IMG/VR virus record: IMGVR_UViG_3300021964_000012
Location: 124,001-188,000 of that record
DNA length: 64,000 bases
Direction: 5' to 3' (one strand)
In this document: piece by piece, positions 1-9,319 of the stretch
Numbering within the stretch: position 1 is the first letter of the stretch
Layout: each line of letters starts with the position of its first letter
Translations under genes and position numbers: made by a program
Notes under the pieces: model-generated
What the model saw: only the letters and a program-made list of their open reading frames with translations
What the model was told of the DNA's origin: nothing
Database searches by the model: none

Positions 1-812
1 CTGTGTGATCCCATACCACCTGCTGGTAGTATGCTTACTTCATTGTCTTTTTGTATTATACGTGTTTCTTTTACTTTATGCTCTGAATCTTTCATTAGTT
101 CACCGTCAGGCATTACATGATAGCCTTTTGGAATTGGCTTACACTTTTGACTCTGTCTACAGTAGTATTCTCCCAGACCGCACTTTTTATCTTCTTCAAT
201 TGATCCCATTGGTATTGAAACTGGTTGTTTGTTGCCTAGCACAGTGTTGAATATTTCAATAGCCTTGTTGATCATTGGCTTTGAATTCATTGGGTATAGA
301 TTAACAATGAGATCTTCTTTTTCATCGTCGCTCATGGTTGGCCATTTGCCACGTATTTCAGTAGCACTGGTCATGCCTGGTCCAAACTGCACTGTAGGTA
401 AGTAGGTCATGAACCCATGTTGTTTCATGTTTTCTGGCTTGTTTCGTTTTAATGGTTGTAAGTAACTTGCACTACCGTCTTTTTTAAAGCCACCTGGTAA
501 GGGTGCCACACCACTGTCCTTGTCACTACGTATGAATATTAATTGCGTTGTTTCTGGATCATACAAATCTGTGATCTCTCGTGGCTGGAAAGGTGATTTA
601 ACTTGCACAAATCTATGTGCAGGAATACCTGCTATCCCAGCAAGTGTTTTCTTTAGTTTGAACGGAAATGGTCTTGAGCTTTTGTCATCTGTGGCGGCAA
701 TAAACACATCAGCCTTAGGAAACTGTGCAACAGCCGCATCATACAATGCCTTATGTCCTGCATGGAACGGATGAAATCCTCCTGGTATAATAACTAATTT
801 TTTTAATGCCAT
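1..812 (-). CDS. HxGH-type nucleotidyltransferase (cytidylyltransferase-like), runs off the left edge
   Basis: Not in ORF track. Manual translation from ATG at 812: MALKKLVIIPGGFHPFHAGHKALYD... (HxGH motif), with a later SATEIR motif; frame stays open to the window edge. Confidence 0.75.
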   Translation of the reverse strand, partial: MALKKLVIIPGGFHPFHAGHKALYDAAVAQFPKADVFIAATDDKSSRPFPFKLKKTLAGIAGIPAHRFVQVKSPFQPREITDLYDPETTQLIFIRSDKDSGVAPLPGGFKKDGSASYLQPLKRNKPENMKQHGFMTYLPTVQFGPGMTSATEIRGKWPTMSDDEKEDLIVNLYPMNSKPMINKAIEIFNTVLGNKQPVSIPMGSIEEDKKCGLGEYYCRQSQKCKPIPKGYHVMPDGELMKDSEHKVKETRIIQKDNEVSILPAGGMGSH

Positions 813-820
813 CTTTTTTC

Positions 821-1216
821 CTAGTAGCTCATTGTTATTGGGCCAATTTCGCCATCAGTAAAATCAGTTACAACTGCTCTAACCCATGTAAATTTTCCAT
901 ATAGAGTAATGCTTTGGTCAGTTGTAATTAAACTAGAACCATCTGCACTATCATTTGGAAAAGTATATGCATCAAACCAATCTGTGGCTTGTGCGTATGG
1001 AATCTCGCCTGTTGGATCAGATGTCTTTGGATCAGTATCAAGGCTGGCTTGAACTATAACTGTTCCAGGAAAGTCATTGCATTGAAATCTAATCTGTTGA
1101 CTGTTGCCTTGTCCGCCATAGTAGCCTACACCTTTTTGTCTAGTTCCTAAAATGGTTGCAGGTGTGCCTAGCTCATGTGTGGTTTGTGCTATAAGTTCAA
1201 GGCTGCTAGATTTCAT
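821..1216 (-). CDS. hypothetical protein, possibly virion-associated
   Basis: 131-aa beta-rich ORF downstream of a late-type promoter. Confidence 0.5.
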   Translation of the reverse strand: MKSSSLELIAQTTHELGTPATILGTRQKGVGYYGGQGNSQQIRFQCNDFPGTVIVQASLDTDPKTSDPTGEIPYAQATDWFDAYTFPNDSADGSSLITTDQSITLYGKFTWVRAVVTDFTDGEIGPITMSY

Positions 1217-1218
1217 TT

Positions 1219-1398
1219 TTACTCTGCTTTTAATACTTCTACTAGAACAGGCCCAGGAGCACCTTCACTGGCAAGTTGTGTAATTACTTGCTCTAGTTGT
1301 GAAATTACATCTTGACTTAGTAATTCTCTACTAGGAGAATCGTCTTTAACCAGTTCGCTTACTGTGATTGCTATTGATGTTGAATTTATCTTTGCCAT
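1219..1398 (-). CDS. small hypothetical protein (59 aa), likely leaderless
   Basis: Manual translation MAKINSTSIAITVSELVKDD...VEVLKAE*; ATG lies 5 nt after ATAAATA. Confidence 0.6.
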   Translation of the reverse strand: MAKINSTSIAITVSELVKDDSPSRELLSQDVISQLEQVITQLASEGAPGPVLVEVLKAE

Positions 1399-1416
1399 GC
1401 TGTTATTTATCCATTC

Positions 1417-3711
1417 CTATTCTTGTGTTTCATTGACAGTTACAATACCATTTGTGTCTATGTAAGCATCACTGGGTGAGCCTTTAGGTTTAACATCAAG
1501 TGTTATTCTTGGACGTTTGCCTTTGAACCATACATCAGCAGTTACATGAACATTTTCCAGTTTTTCAAAAAGTATCTTTTTACTTAACGGCACTTTGATA
1601 ATTTCGTCAATCTTTCTGCCCAATGGTCTTGCACCCATTTTAGGATCATATCCAACGTCAACAAGATATTCTACCATTGCTTCTGTTACAATAATATTAA
1701 TATTTTTTTGTTTTAGGTTTGCTCTGAGTTCGTTGATAAACTTTGCAACAATTTTTTTGATTGCAAATGGTTCTAGTGTTTTGAACTTGACTATCAGATC
1801 TAATCTGTTGCGTAGTTCTGGCTTGAAAAAATCTTTTACTGCTTTGTCTTCACTGCCAGTACGTACAAGTTCTTGACCAAATCCAATATTGTTGTTTTCG
1901 TTGTCTCTAGCACCAAGATTTGATGTTAGTATAATAATACAGTTTTTTACATCAACAGTTTTGCCATTTGATCCTGTGATCTTACCTTCGTCCATCATTT
2001 GTAGAAATATGTTTGCTACATCTGGATGGGCTTTTTCAATTTCATCAAACAGCAGGACACTGTAGGGATTTTTACTAACATCTGAAATTAGTTTACCACC
2101 GCTGAGTGTGCTATCATCATAGCCGACAAAACCTGGAGGTGCGCCAAGCAAGCTGCTAACTGTGTGTTTGTCTTGATATTCGCTCATGTCATAACGCAAC
2201 AGATGCATTTCTAAATTGTTGCTCAACAGTTTAGCAAATTCAGTTTTACCTGTACCAGTAGGACCAAGAAATAAAAATGCTCCCATTGGACGATTTGGCG
2301 TGCTTATACCTGCATAGTTTACATAGAGCCTTTCTAGCACTTCGTCTACTACATGATCTTGTCCAAAAAGTTTTTCTTTGATGTTGTTATCTAGATTTTG
2401 TACTTTTTCACTAGCATCGCTCGCCACTTTTGTTTCTGGAATGTTTGCAATTCTTGAAACCTGTTTGTCAATTAAATCTTCTGTAATTACCAAACCTTCT
2501 TGATCTTTAACACGTTCAGTTGCACATGCTCCATCTACTAGGTCTATGCTCTTGTCTGGATTTTTTTTGTCGTGCATGTATCTAGTTGCTAATTCAACTG
2601 CTTTTTCAATGGCGCCTTTGTCTATTGCGACATTGTGAAACTTTTCTAATCTAGGACGCAATCCTTCTAATATCTTTACGGTGGTTTCTTTGTCAGGTTC
2701 ATCTATGCTGACTTTGTAAAAGCGCCTCATCAATGCACGATCTTTTTCAAAACTCTCGTAAAATTCTTCCCAGGTTGTACTTGCAATAACTTTGAGATTG
2801 CCTTTGGTAATTGCAGGTTTGATCATGTTGGAAAAATCCAAACTGCTTCCACCTGTTGAACCAGCACCTTTCATGGTATGTGCTTCGTCTATAAAAAGTA
2901 TACAGTTCTTTTTTGATTCTAAAGCTGAAATAATATCTTTGAGTTTTTCTTCAAATTCGCCACGGTACTTAGAGCCAGCAAGTAGACTGCCTATTTCCAA
3001 ACCCCACACCTCAAAGTTTTTAAGGAACTTTGGTATTTTATTGTCTTTTATTCTAGTTGCCAAGCCTTCTGCAATAGCAGTTTTTCCAACACCTGGATCT
3101 CCTACCATTAATACATTACTTTTAAAACGTTTAGCTAATACTGTAACTATTTCTTCGAGTTCTGTTTCTCGACCAATAACTGGTTCAAGTTTATCGTCTT
3201 TGGCAAGTTTGCTCACATTTATGCAGTGCTCTTCGAGTATTTCATTTGCGGTTGAGATGTCAATTCCGTCTTTGGATTTACCATTATATGTTTGTTGCCA
3301 GTGCATTACAAATTCTTGTTTGACAAGTCCATGTTTCAGCATATAGTAGGCCGCATGACTGTTGGTTTCAGCCATGATTGCTAACCACAGATCAATGGTT
3401 TCCATACTTCGTCTACCACCAAACATAACCTGTGTTAATGCTCTGTTGAAAACTCTTTCAAGTGCATTTGTCTTTTTTGGGTCTCCTTTAACTGGATTGC
3501 TGACCAGCATGGTTTGTGAATCAATATATAATTGTAAATCTGACACAATAGCATCAGAACTGGAACCAAAAGACTCAATGCATCTTTTGAATTTTGGATA
3601 CTGCACCATTGCTAATGTAAGGTGTTCGATTGTCACATAATCGTGTTTCTTGTCTTTCGCAAGTTTATGAGCAGTTGCAAGTATTTGTTCTATTTCAGGA
3701 CTGTGTTGCAT
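1417..3711 (-). CDS. clpA: ClpA-type AAA+ unfoldase
   Basis: Clp N-domain, two Walker A motifs (GDPGVGKT, GPTGTGKT), GSKYRGEFEE pore loop, ClpP-docking IGF loop (NNIGFG), no ClpB M-domain. Confidence 0.92.
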   Translation of the reverse strand: MQHSPEIEQILATAHKLAKDKKHDYVTIEHLTLAMVQYPKFKRCIESFGSSSDAIVSDLQLYIDSQTMLVSNPVKGDPKKTNALERVFNRALTQVMFGGRRSMETIDLWLAIMAETNSHAAYYMLKHGLVKQEFVMHWQQTYNGKSKDGIDISTANEILEEHCINVSKLAKDDKLEPVIGRETELEEIVTVLAKRFKSNVLMVGDPGVGKTAIAEGLATRIKDNKIPKFLKNFEVWGLEIGSLLAGSKYRGEFEEKLKDIISALESKKNCILFIDEAHTMKGAGSTGGSSLDFSNMIKPAITKGNLKVIASTTWEEFYESFEKDRALMRRFYKVSIDEPDKETTVKILEGLRPRLEKFHNVAIDKGAIEKAVELATRYMHDKKNPDKSIDLVDGACATERVKDQEGLVITEDLIDKQVSRIANIPETKVASDASEKVQNLDNNIKEKLFGQDHVVDEVLERLYVNYAGISTPNRPMGAFLFLGPTGTGKTEFAKLLSNNLEMHLLRYDMSEYQDKHTVSSLLGAPPGFVGYDDSTLSGGKLISDVSKNPYSVLLFDEIEKAHPDVANIFLQMMDEGKITGSNGKTVDVKNCIIILTSNLGARDNENNNIGFGQELVRTGSEDKAVKDFFKPELRNRLDLIVKFKTLEPFAIKKIVAKFINELRANLKQKNINIIVTEAMVEYLVDVGYDPKMGARPLGRKIDEIIKVPLSKKILFEKLENVHVTADVWFKGKRPRITLDVKPKGSPSDAYIDTNGIVTVNETQE

Positions 3712-3732
3712 AATTCTCCTTTGTGTTTATAT

Positions 3733-4527
3733 TTATTGACTGTGTTTCTTGATAGCACGAATTATTTCATCAGGAATCGATACAGGAATCTTTGTGTTTA
3801 TTTTTACAAATATATCTCCAGGATTGTGACCAATTCTCTTTACACCACAGGATGCAAGACGCATGACACTACCTGGATTGGTTCTAGGTGGGATATTTAA
3901 GTTAAAACTGCGTCCTATAATATCTGTAATTTTGATATTGCCTCCAACTACAAGTGTCCACAGGTTTACGTCTTGTTCACTATGCATATCGTTGCCATGA
4001 CGTTGCCAACGTGGATGTGGCTTCAAACGATAGTGTATAACCAAATCTAAACCACCTGGTCCAAGTTTTGGATAACGTATGTTTTCGCCATCAACAACTC
4101 CTGGAGGAACATCTACTTCGATGGTATTTTGTCCAGTCTGCATTTGTAGTGCAAGAGTTCTTTTTCCACCTTTCACTGCATCTTCTAAATCAATTGCCAT
4201 TGTTATTCTTGCATCTCTTGGACGCGGTGGTCGATTAGGATGCATACGTTGTCCAAAAATATTGAATATAGTATCAAAGTCAAAGGGTTGACCTTGTGTT
4301 TGAGAAAATCCAAATCCTTGTTTTTGTGGATCAGAGCTACCAGTTTGATCATAGTATGCACGTTTATTAGGGTCTTTGAGTATATCATACGCATTGCTTA
4401 TTTCTGCAAATTTGCTGGCATCTCCTCCTCGGTCAGGATGATGCTCTTTGGCTTTTTCTTTATAAGCTCGCTTGATTGTATCAGCAGTTGCACCTTTTGC
4501 AACGCCCAATATGGTATAAGGATTCAT
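3733..4527 (-). CDS. dnaJ: DnaJ-family co-chaperone (type II, CbpA-like)
   Basis: J-domain with HPD, G/F region, C-terminal domain (GDL/GDI motifs), no zinc finger. Confidence 0.9.
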   Translation of the reverse strand: MNPYTILGVAKGATADTIKRAYKEKAKEHHPDRGGDASKFAEISNAYDILKDPNKRAYYDQTGSSDPQKQGFGFSQTQGQPFDFDTIFNIFGQRMHPNRPPRPRDARITMAIDLEDAVKGGKRTLALQMQTGQNTIEVDVPPGVVDGENIRYPKLGPGGLDLVIHYRLKPHPRWQRHGNDMHSEQDVNLWTLVVGGNIKITDIIGRSFNLNIPPRTNPGSVMRLASCGVKRIGHNPGDIFVKINTKIPVSIPDEIIRAIKKHSQ

Positions 4528-4541
4528 AGTATATTGTATTA

Positions 4542-4946
4542 CTATTCTTTGCTTTTGTCAAGCTCTTTGGTCATTGCTTTTTCGTAGTAAACAATAACCT
4601 CATTTTGTTGATTTATGAAACGTCTTAGTTCACTGATATTAAGTGCTAGATTTTCGTATGTATCAATGCTCATTGCAACAAATGCTAATTCACCATTTTG
4701 CTCTGTGAACTCAGCAATAAACGCTTCTAGATTGTTTTTGTTAACAACATATACTTGTGTGTCAGTAAGATTAATCGGCTTTGGTCTTGCCACTATCGGT
4801 ACTGTCACTTTTTGTACTTTTGTCACCACCTTGACTTCCGGTTCCGGCATTATTCGGCTGCAACCAGAAAGGAAGATCACTAGTACTGCCAGTGTTGTTG
4901 CCAGTTTCCGCCATGAGCTCACGCCATAGTTTAGCTGTTGCACCAT
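4542..4946 (-). CDS. outer-membrane spanin (Rz1-like lipoprotein)
   Basis: Hydrophobic signal with lipobox LSGC, Pro-rich mature part, overlaps the 3' end of the i-spanin, next to the lysozyme. Confidence 0.7.
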   Translation of the reverse strand: MVQQLNYGVSSWRKLATTLAVLVIFLSGCSRIMPEPEVKVVTKVQKVTVPIVARPKPINLTDTQVYVVNKNNLEAFIAEFTEQNGELAFVAMSIDTYENLALNISELRRFINQQNEVIVYYEKAMTKELDKSKE

Positions 4947-5271
4947 TCATACGTCCTTCTAAATTTTCTGCATTAGAGATAGCATCTGCTAGTAGATCAA
5001 GTTTTCTTAATCTATTTCTTAGATTGTCTCCATATGCTTCTGCTTTTTGTAATTTTTCCTGTAAATTTTTACTAAGCTCTGCATTCTTTGCAGCTTCATC
5101 CTTTAGTAAGTTTACACTTTTTTCGCTTTGTTCAATTGCTACTTCTAGTTTAGCATTGTTTTCTGATAGAGTTTGTATTTTTTGTTGTGTGCTTGTGTAG
5201 TAAGACTTGGCGGCATAACCTACACCACCCAGTAATGCTACTACAACAACAAGAGCATAGACTTTAACCAT
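4771..5271 (-). CDS. inner-membrane spanin (Rz-like)
   Basis: N-terminal TM helix followed by a long coiled coil, directly downstream of the endolysin. Confidence 0.7.
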   Translation of the reverse strand: MVKVYALVVVVALLGGVGYAAKSYYTSTQQKIQTLSENNAKLEVAIEQSEKSVNLLKDEAAKNAELSKNLQEKLQKAEAYGDNLRNRLRKLDLLADAISNAENLEGRMNGATAKLWRELMAETGNNTGSTSDLPFWLQPNNAGTGSQGGDKSTKSDSTDSGKTKAD

Positions 5272-5716
5272 CTATCTCAACTGCTCGCATTCTTGCGACT
5301 AACCTATCTGCACGTTTGGTTACTTGTCTATACCAATTTGAATCAACCATTTCGTCAGCGGCTGCATTCCAATCTCTAGCATCAACTCCACGTTTCATGC
5401 CTTTGAACTTTGAAAGTCTTGGACGACCCATGTTGAACATCATGTTTGCAATTATTCTTTGGACTTCTTCTGGGAGTTCATCAAAGTCAGGATATAAGAT
5501 GTTGCAGTCTGAGATGACTGTTTGGACGTCGTTGTCAAAGGCTTCATTGCATCTATCTTCTGAGACAGGTGTTCCAACCGGTTGTCCATGTTCTGGATCA
5601 CTATCAATAACCAAATGACCAATACCAAAAGTAGGCAGCCCGAGATGGTCGAGGTATATTTCATTAACTGAGCCTTCGTCATATGCTATCTCTTCTCTAA
5701 GTTTGTCTATGTCCAT
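5264..5716 (-). CDS. phage lysozyme/endolysin (GH24, T4 e-like)
   Basis: DEG...IYLDHLGLPTFGIGHL catalytic E/D/T pattern; FNMG; SNWYRQV..RA. Confidence 0.92.
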   Translation of the reverse strand: MDIDKLREEIAYDEGSVNEIYLDHLGLPTFGIGHLVIDSDPEHGQPVGTPVSEDRCNEAFDNDVQTVISDCNILYPDFDELPEEVQRIIANMMFNMGRPRLSKFKGMKRGVDARDWNAAADEMVDSNWYRQVTKRADRLVARMRAVEIDG

Positions 5717-6377
5717 AGTTTTTTCCTTCTATTACATGGGTATTTATGTACTTTGCGGCCTCTAGATGTGCTTTTTCAAGTGGATGTCCGCCTGGTCCAA
5801 TAGGAAATTTTTTATGTTTTGCCCATTCTAAAAATGTATATCCGTAAAAATTTACAATATAATGGTTCACTTGTTTCTGTAAAGGTGTAACAAATTTTTC
5901 TTTTGAATACAACATCGGGTCCATACAAGTCATTATAAAGTCAATATTGTTTTGTTCCAGTAGGCAAATTGTACTATGTATTTGTTGTAGATTACGATGT
6001 AGATTCCATTTATCACTGTCTATGTGTTTGTAAAAATAATGGTTAAGTTTATCTTCGTGGCGTGGATGAGTAACTGCCCACCAACTGGTTTCTATATCAA
6101 TATAATCAAAACGTTCAAACCAACTCCAATTTATAATAAACAATGCATCTCTATATTTCTCAAGATACTTACATACACACATGCTTATCCAATGATTGCC
6201 ACGTCCGCCTATTGTCATGGAGTCATATTCGATGCCAAGTGTTTTTGCAACCAAGGCAGGCCAGGTGCTTAGACTGTGAGTATGATGTGATGCTATAGTA
6301 CACGATGTTGAGCAATCAGCCAGTTCGTCACCACGAGTGAAGCTGTCACCAAAAGCCAGTACTTTTTCATAAGGCAT
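5697..6377 (-). CDS. SGNH/GDSL-like hydrolase-fold protein
   Basis: AFGDSFTRG block I and C-terminal GHPL...H. Confidence 0.55.
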   Translation of the reverse strand: MPYEKVLAFGDSFTRGDELADCSTSCTIASHHTHSLSTWPALVAKTLGIEYDSMTIGGRGNHWISMCVCKYLEKYRDALFIINWSWFERFDYIDIETSWWAVTHPRHEDKLNHYFYKHIDSDKWNLHRNLQQIHSTICLLEQNNIDFIMTCMDPMLYSKEKFVTPLQKQVNHYIVNFYGYTFLEWAKHKKFPIGPGGHPLEKAHLEAAKYINTHVIEGKNYGHRQT

Positions 6378-6925
6378 TATCTACCTGCGTTTGCTAATAA
6401 ATTTTCTATATCTTTGGCACGTTTGCCTTTGTTATATATAGTTTTAGGAGCAATACCGGCTGCAGTTCTCATCTCATTGAGTTCAAACTGCTCACGTTCT
6501 CGGTAGGTTTTTGGGGAAGTAGGAACTAGCATGTTGAACTGTTCCACAGTAAAAGGCATTTCTTTGCCTCTGTAGCCCATGGTCCATCCATCACCTTCAT
6601 ACTCTGTAAGTGTGTTGAAATCATCTAACAGTGCGGCTAAGTTGTCAGCAGTATAGTTTCTACGTTTAAGTTCAATATATACGAGAAATCTATTTGGCTT
6701 TACTTCACCTGGGCTCATGTCAGCATCCAATACAAAGTCGTAGCCTTTTTCAAACCAGTTGATCAAGTCTACTGCGGCTTGTCTATCACGTACATAAAAA
6801 CTAGCAACAACTATCTCATCGTCATCGCCCATTTTAGATGAAAAGTCATCAATGTAGATGGTGCTTTTCATCATACCTGCTAGGTCTTTATAACCTAAAC
6901 CCTCTGTTAAATTAAACTTGGACAT
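6377..6925 (-). CDS. hypothetical phage protein
   Basis: ORF 6377..6961; more likely start MSKFNL at 6925, overlapping the upstream gene end. Confidence 0.55.
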   Translation of the reverse strand: MSKFNLTEGLGYKDLAGMMKSTIYIDDFSSKMGDDDEIVVASFYVRDRQAAVDLINWFEKGYDFVLDADMSPGEVKPNRFLVYIELKRRNYTADNLAALLDDFNTLTEYEGDGWTMGYRGKEMPFTVEQFNMLVPTSPKTYREREQFELNEMRTAAGIAPKTIYNKGKRAKDIENLLANAGR

Positions 6926-7487
6926 CGATGTTTGTATCCATTTCTTGTTGTGCATCTGCATCCATAACCTGTTGTTGATCTAAGTCTGCATTGTATGCAT
7001 CATCAAGATCCTGCAGATCAACTGTTTCATCTTCTAGTTCTATGCTACCAGTTCTTATGTCTGCCATGAGACTTTTTGGCATAATGATTTCAACCAACCA
7101 AACTGGCTTTTCAATTAGACGTGCAACCTTAGTACCTGCTTTAAAATCACTTGGTGATTTGACCTTAATTGGCACTTTCATTTTGGTTTTTTTCCATTTG
7201 ACTTCACAGTCAAAAGGCAATAAACGTATTGCTCCTCTTGGGTCTGGCATAAGTTTTTCTGGCCATAAAAAAGTACAACTTGTCTTGTACGGGCCTTGTT
7301 CAGGACCCGCTACTAGTTCACCAAGTTCCCAGTTGCGAAATGCAAATATATCAAGTTCATTGAGCACACGTTCAAAGTCAACCAATACACGCATGCTACC
7401 ATCACTCATGTAGATGCCTTTGATATTGTCTGCAACCATCCAATAGTCGGAACCATCCTTAAAAAATTCTGAATCATCTAGAGACAT
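6912..7487 (-). CDS. hypothetical phage protein with acidic C-terminus
   Basis: 191-aa ORF with GAGG RBS, downstream of CTAAATA late-type motifs. Confidence 0.6.
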   Translation of the reverse strand: MSLDDSEFFKDGSDYWMVADNIKGIYMSDGSMRVLVDFERVLNELDIFAFRNWELGELVAGPEQGPYKTSCTFLWPEKLMPDPRGAIRLLPFDCEVKWKKTKMKVPIKVKSPSDFKAGTKVARLIEKPVWLVEIIMPKSLMADIRTGSIELEDETVDLQDLDDAYNADLDQQQVMDADAQQEMDTNIDVQV

Positions 7488-7652
7488 TTGAGGCCTTTTG
7501 TTCTTACGTTAACAGTATTTAGTCCAATACTGAATTGTGGCCGCTAATATATTTAGCGAATAGTATTGTGATTTCACATACAGTATTTCTTATTTTTTTA
7601 TACTGTAAATATTATTGTGGGTAGCGAATAACCTCAACCTTTAGGAGATACA

Positions 7653-8375
7653 ATGTCTCGAGCTAAACGAAAAGCAAAATATCAAAGACAACTTCAACAA
7701 GACAACACAATAAACTTCAACCAAGCACTAAAACGCAAGCACATAGAACTTCTTCCGAAGTCGCGTAATCAAGAACAACTTATCTTAAACCTATTAGATC
7801 CACACACGAGTATCACTGTGGCAACCGGACCTGCAGGCACGGGTAAGACTTATCTTGCAATGTTAGCGGCTATAAAAGCATTTAAAGATGGTGCGTGTGA
7901 ACGTATTGTATTGACTCGTCCAGCAGTAGGTGTTGATGATGAAAAGCATGGATTTTTGCCCGGTGACTTGAACAGTAAAATGGAGCCGTGGACAAGACCT
8001 TTGTTTGATGTACTTCGTGAATTCTATACCACAAAAGAAATAGCACGTATGCTAGAAGAACAAACTATTGAAATATCGCCATTGGCTTTTATGAGAGGAC
8101 GTACATTCAAGGATGCCTGGATTATAGCTGATGAAATGCAAAATGCAACGCCTAGTCAAATGAAAATGCTAATGACAAGAATAGGCAAAAATTCAAAAAT
8201 AGTAATCACAGGAGACGTTGAACAAACGGATAGAACCGTACACAATAACGGTTTAATTGATTTATGCAAAAGACTAGAAACTGCTCGCAGTGGACTAGCC
8301 GTTTGTTACATGAGCAATCAGGATATACAAAGACATCCTATTATTGACACAGTATTGGAGATCTACGCAACTTAA
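7653..8375 (+). CDS. phoH: PhoH-family ATPase
   Basis: GPAGTGKT, GFLPGDL..K, PLAFMRGRTF, DEMQN, GDVEQTD, RHP motifs; AGGAG RBS. Confidence 0.95.
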   Translation: MSRAKRKAKYQRQLQQDNTINFNQALKRKHIELLPKSRNQEQLILNLLDPHTSITVATGPAGTGKTYLAMLAAIKAFKDGACERIVLTRPAVGVDDEKHGFLPGDLNSKMEPWTRPLFDVLREFYTTKEIARMLEEQTIEISPLAFMRGRTFKDAWIIADEMQNATPSQMKMLMTRIGKNSKIVITGDVEQTDRTVHNNGLIDLCKRLETARSGLAVCYMSNQDIQRHPIIDTVLEIYAT

Positions 8376-8379
8376 AAAT

Positions 8380-8482
8380 TGGCTCTGGGAGAAGGATTCG
8401 AACCTCCAAGGTTAAATATATTGCAGTACATTCAACCATACGGTTAACAGCCGTACGTGTTTACCAATTTCACCATCCCAGA
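8380..8482 (-). tRNA. tRNA-Asn(GUU), atypical class-II body with 11-bp variable arm (103 nt, CCA encoded)
   Basis: TCTGGGA TG GTG AAATTGGTAAA CAC G TACGG CT-GTT-AA CCGTA T GGTTGAATGTA CTGCAA TATATTTAACC TT GGAGG TTCGAAT CCTTC TCCCAGA G CCA; all stems pair; U1-A72, G73. Confidence 0.9.
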
Positions 8483-8488
8483 GTATTC

Positions 8489-9319
8489 TTATACTTTGTT
8501 GATCTTTTCTAGTGCAGGAATCATACGTGTCACACCTATGCCTCCGCCTACTCTTTGAAAGAAGTCAAACTCTAAAAACTTTTCTAGTTCTGCTTCGACT
8601 CTTTCCTTGCCAAACAACTTGAATAGTAGTTTACTATAAGCACCATCTGTAATACTATGGAATGTATCACGCATCATATCAACATCACATGAACGTTCTG
8701 CTGATCCAATAGTTTCCATACCACCTAGTATAACGTCCATCTTCTTTGCAGTATTTCCGTCATCGTTTCTGGCCATGTTCCAAAAAGGTGATGTTAGTTC
8801 AGGGAAGTTTGTAATAAGTGTTTGGCCAAACTCTTCTTCCATCTTAAGTTCGTGTTCTGCTTCCATTTCTGTATCAGCACCTAGTCCAAAATGTTGTTGC
8901 CATTCAGCATAGGTCTTTTCTGTAATATTACCAAATCCTAAGTATTCACATAGTTCATACTCCATGGATTTTAAATCATCTACACTGCCTGGCATTTCAA
9001 ATTCAAACATTGGAAATATTATATCATGTCTGCCTGGTATTGCATTAGGCTCTTGTCTATAGGAAGTGGAGACACAAAAAAACCCCTTACTGTCGGGGCT
9101 ACTTAATAATTCATGTTCCAACCACATCTGGCCGGTTTGCGGTAGTGGCCATACTTGGCCTGCGTAATTGTATGTTGCTACGTTGAATGGATCTTCACAT
9201 GCGGCTAGTATGCTCAATCTGTTTTGTGTGTGTACTTCAAGAAAACCTTTTTCCAAAAAAAATGACCTTAAAAGGCCAACTGTGGAAGTGAATTTGCTTG
9301 GGTCTATTAGTTGCGTCAT
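8489..9319 (-). CDS. class IIb aminoacyl-tRNA synthetase catalytic-domain-only protein (AsnRS-like / archaeal-type asparagine synthetase-like)
   Basis: Motif 1 (RSFFLEKGFLEVHT), motif 2 (SYRQE...RH...FPMFEFE), motif 3 (GGGIGVTRM), ETIGSAER; no N-terminal OB-fold anticodon-binding domain. Confidence 0.85.
   Translation of the reverse strand: MTQLIDPSKFTSTVGLLRSFFLEKGFLEVHTQNRLSILAACEDPFNVATYNYAGQVWPLPQTGQMWLEHELLSSPDSKGFFCVSTSYRQEPNAIPGRHDIIFPMFEFEMPGSVDDLKSMEYELCEYLGFGNITEKTYAEWQQHFGLGADTEMEAEHELKMEEEFGQTLITNFPELTSPFWNMARNDDGNTAKKMDVILGGMETIGSAERSCDVDMMRDTFHSITDGAYSKLLFKLFGKERVEAELEKFLEFDFFQRVGGGIGVTRMIPALEKINKV

Noticed and set aside
8421-8427. Variable-arm loop CUGCAA resembles a Cys anticodon loop (a second anticodon)
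   Set aside because: The best pairing gives a 6-nt loop rather than 7, and the arm position could not reach the decoding site
8408-8438. The extra tRNA sequence as an intron or integration scar
   Set aside because: It sits exactly at the variable position as a clean hairpin with a class-II D-arm; it is too short for a self-splicing intron and no integrase is nearby
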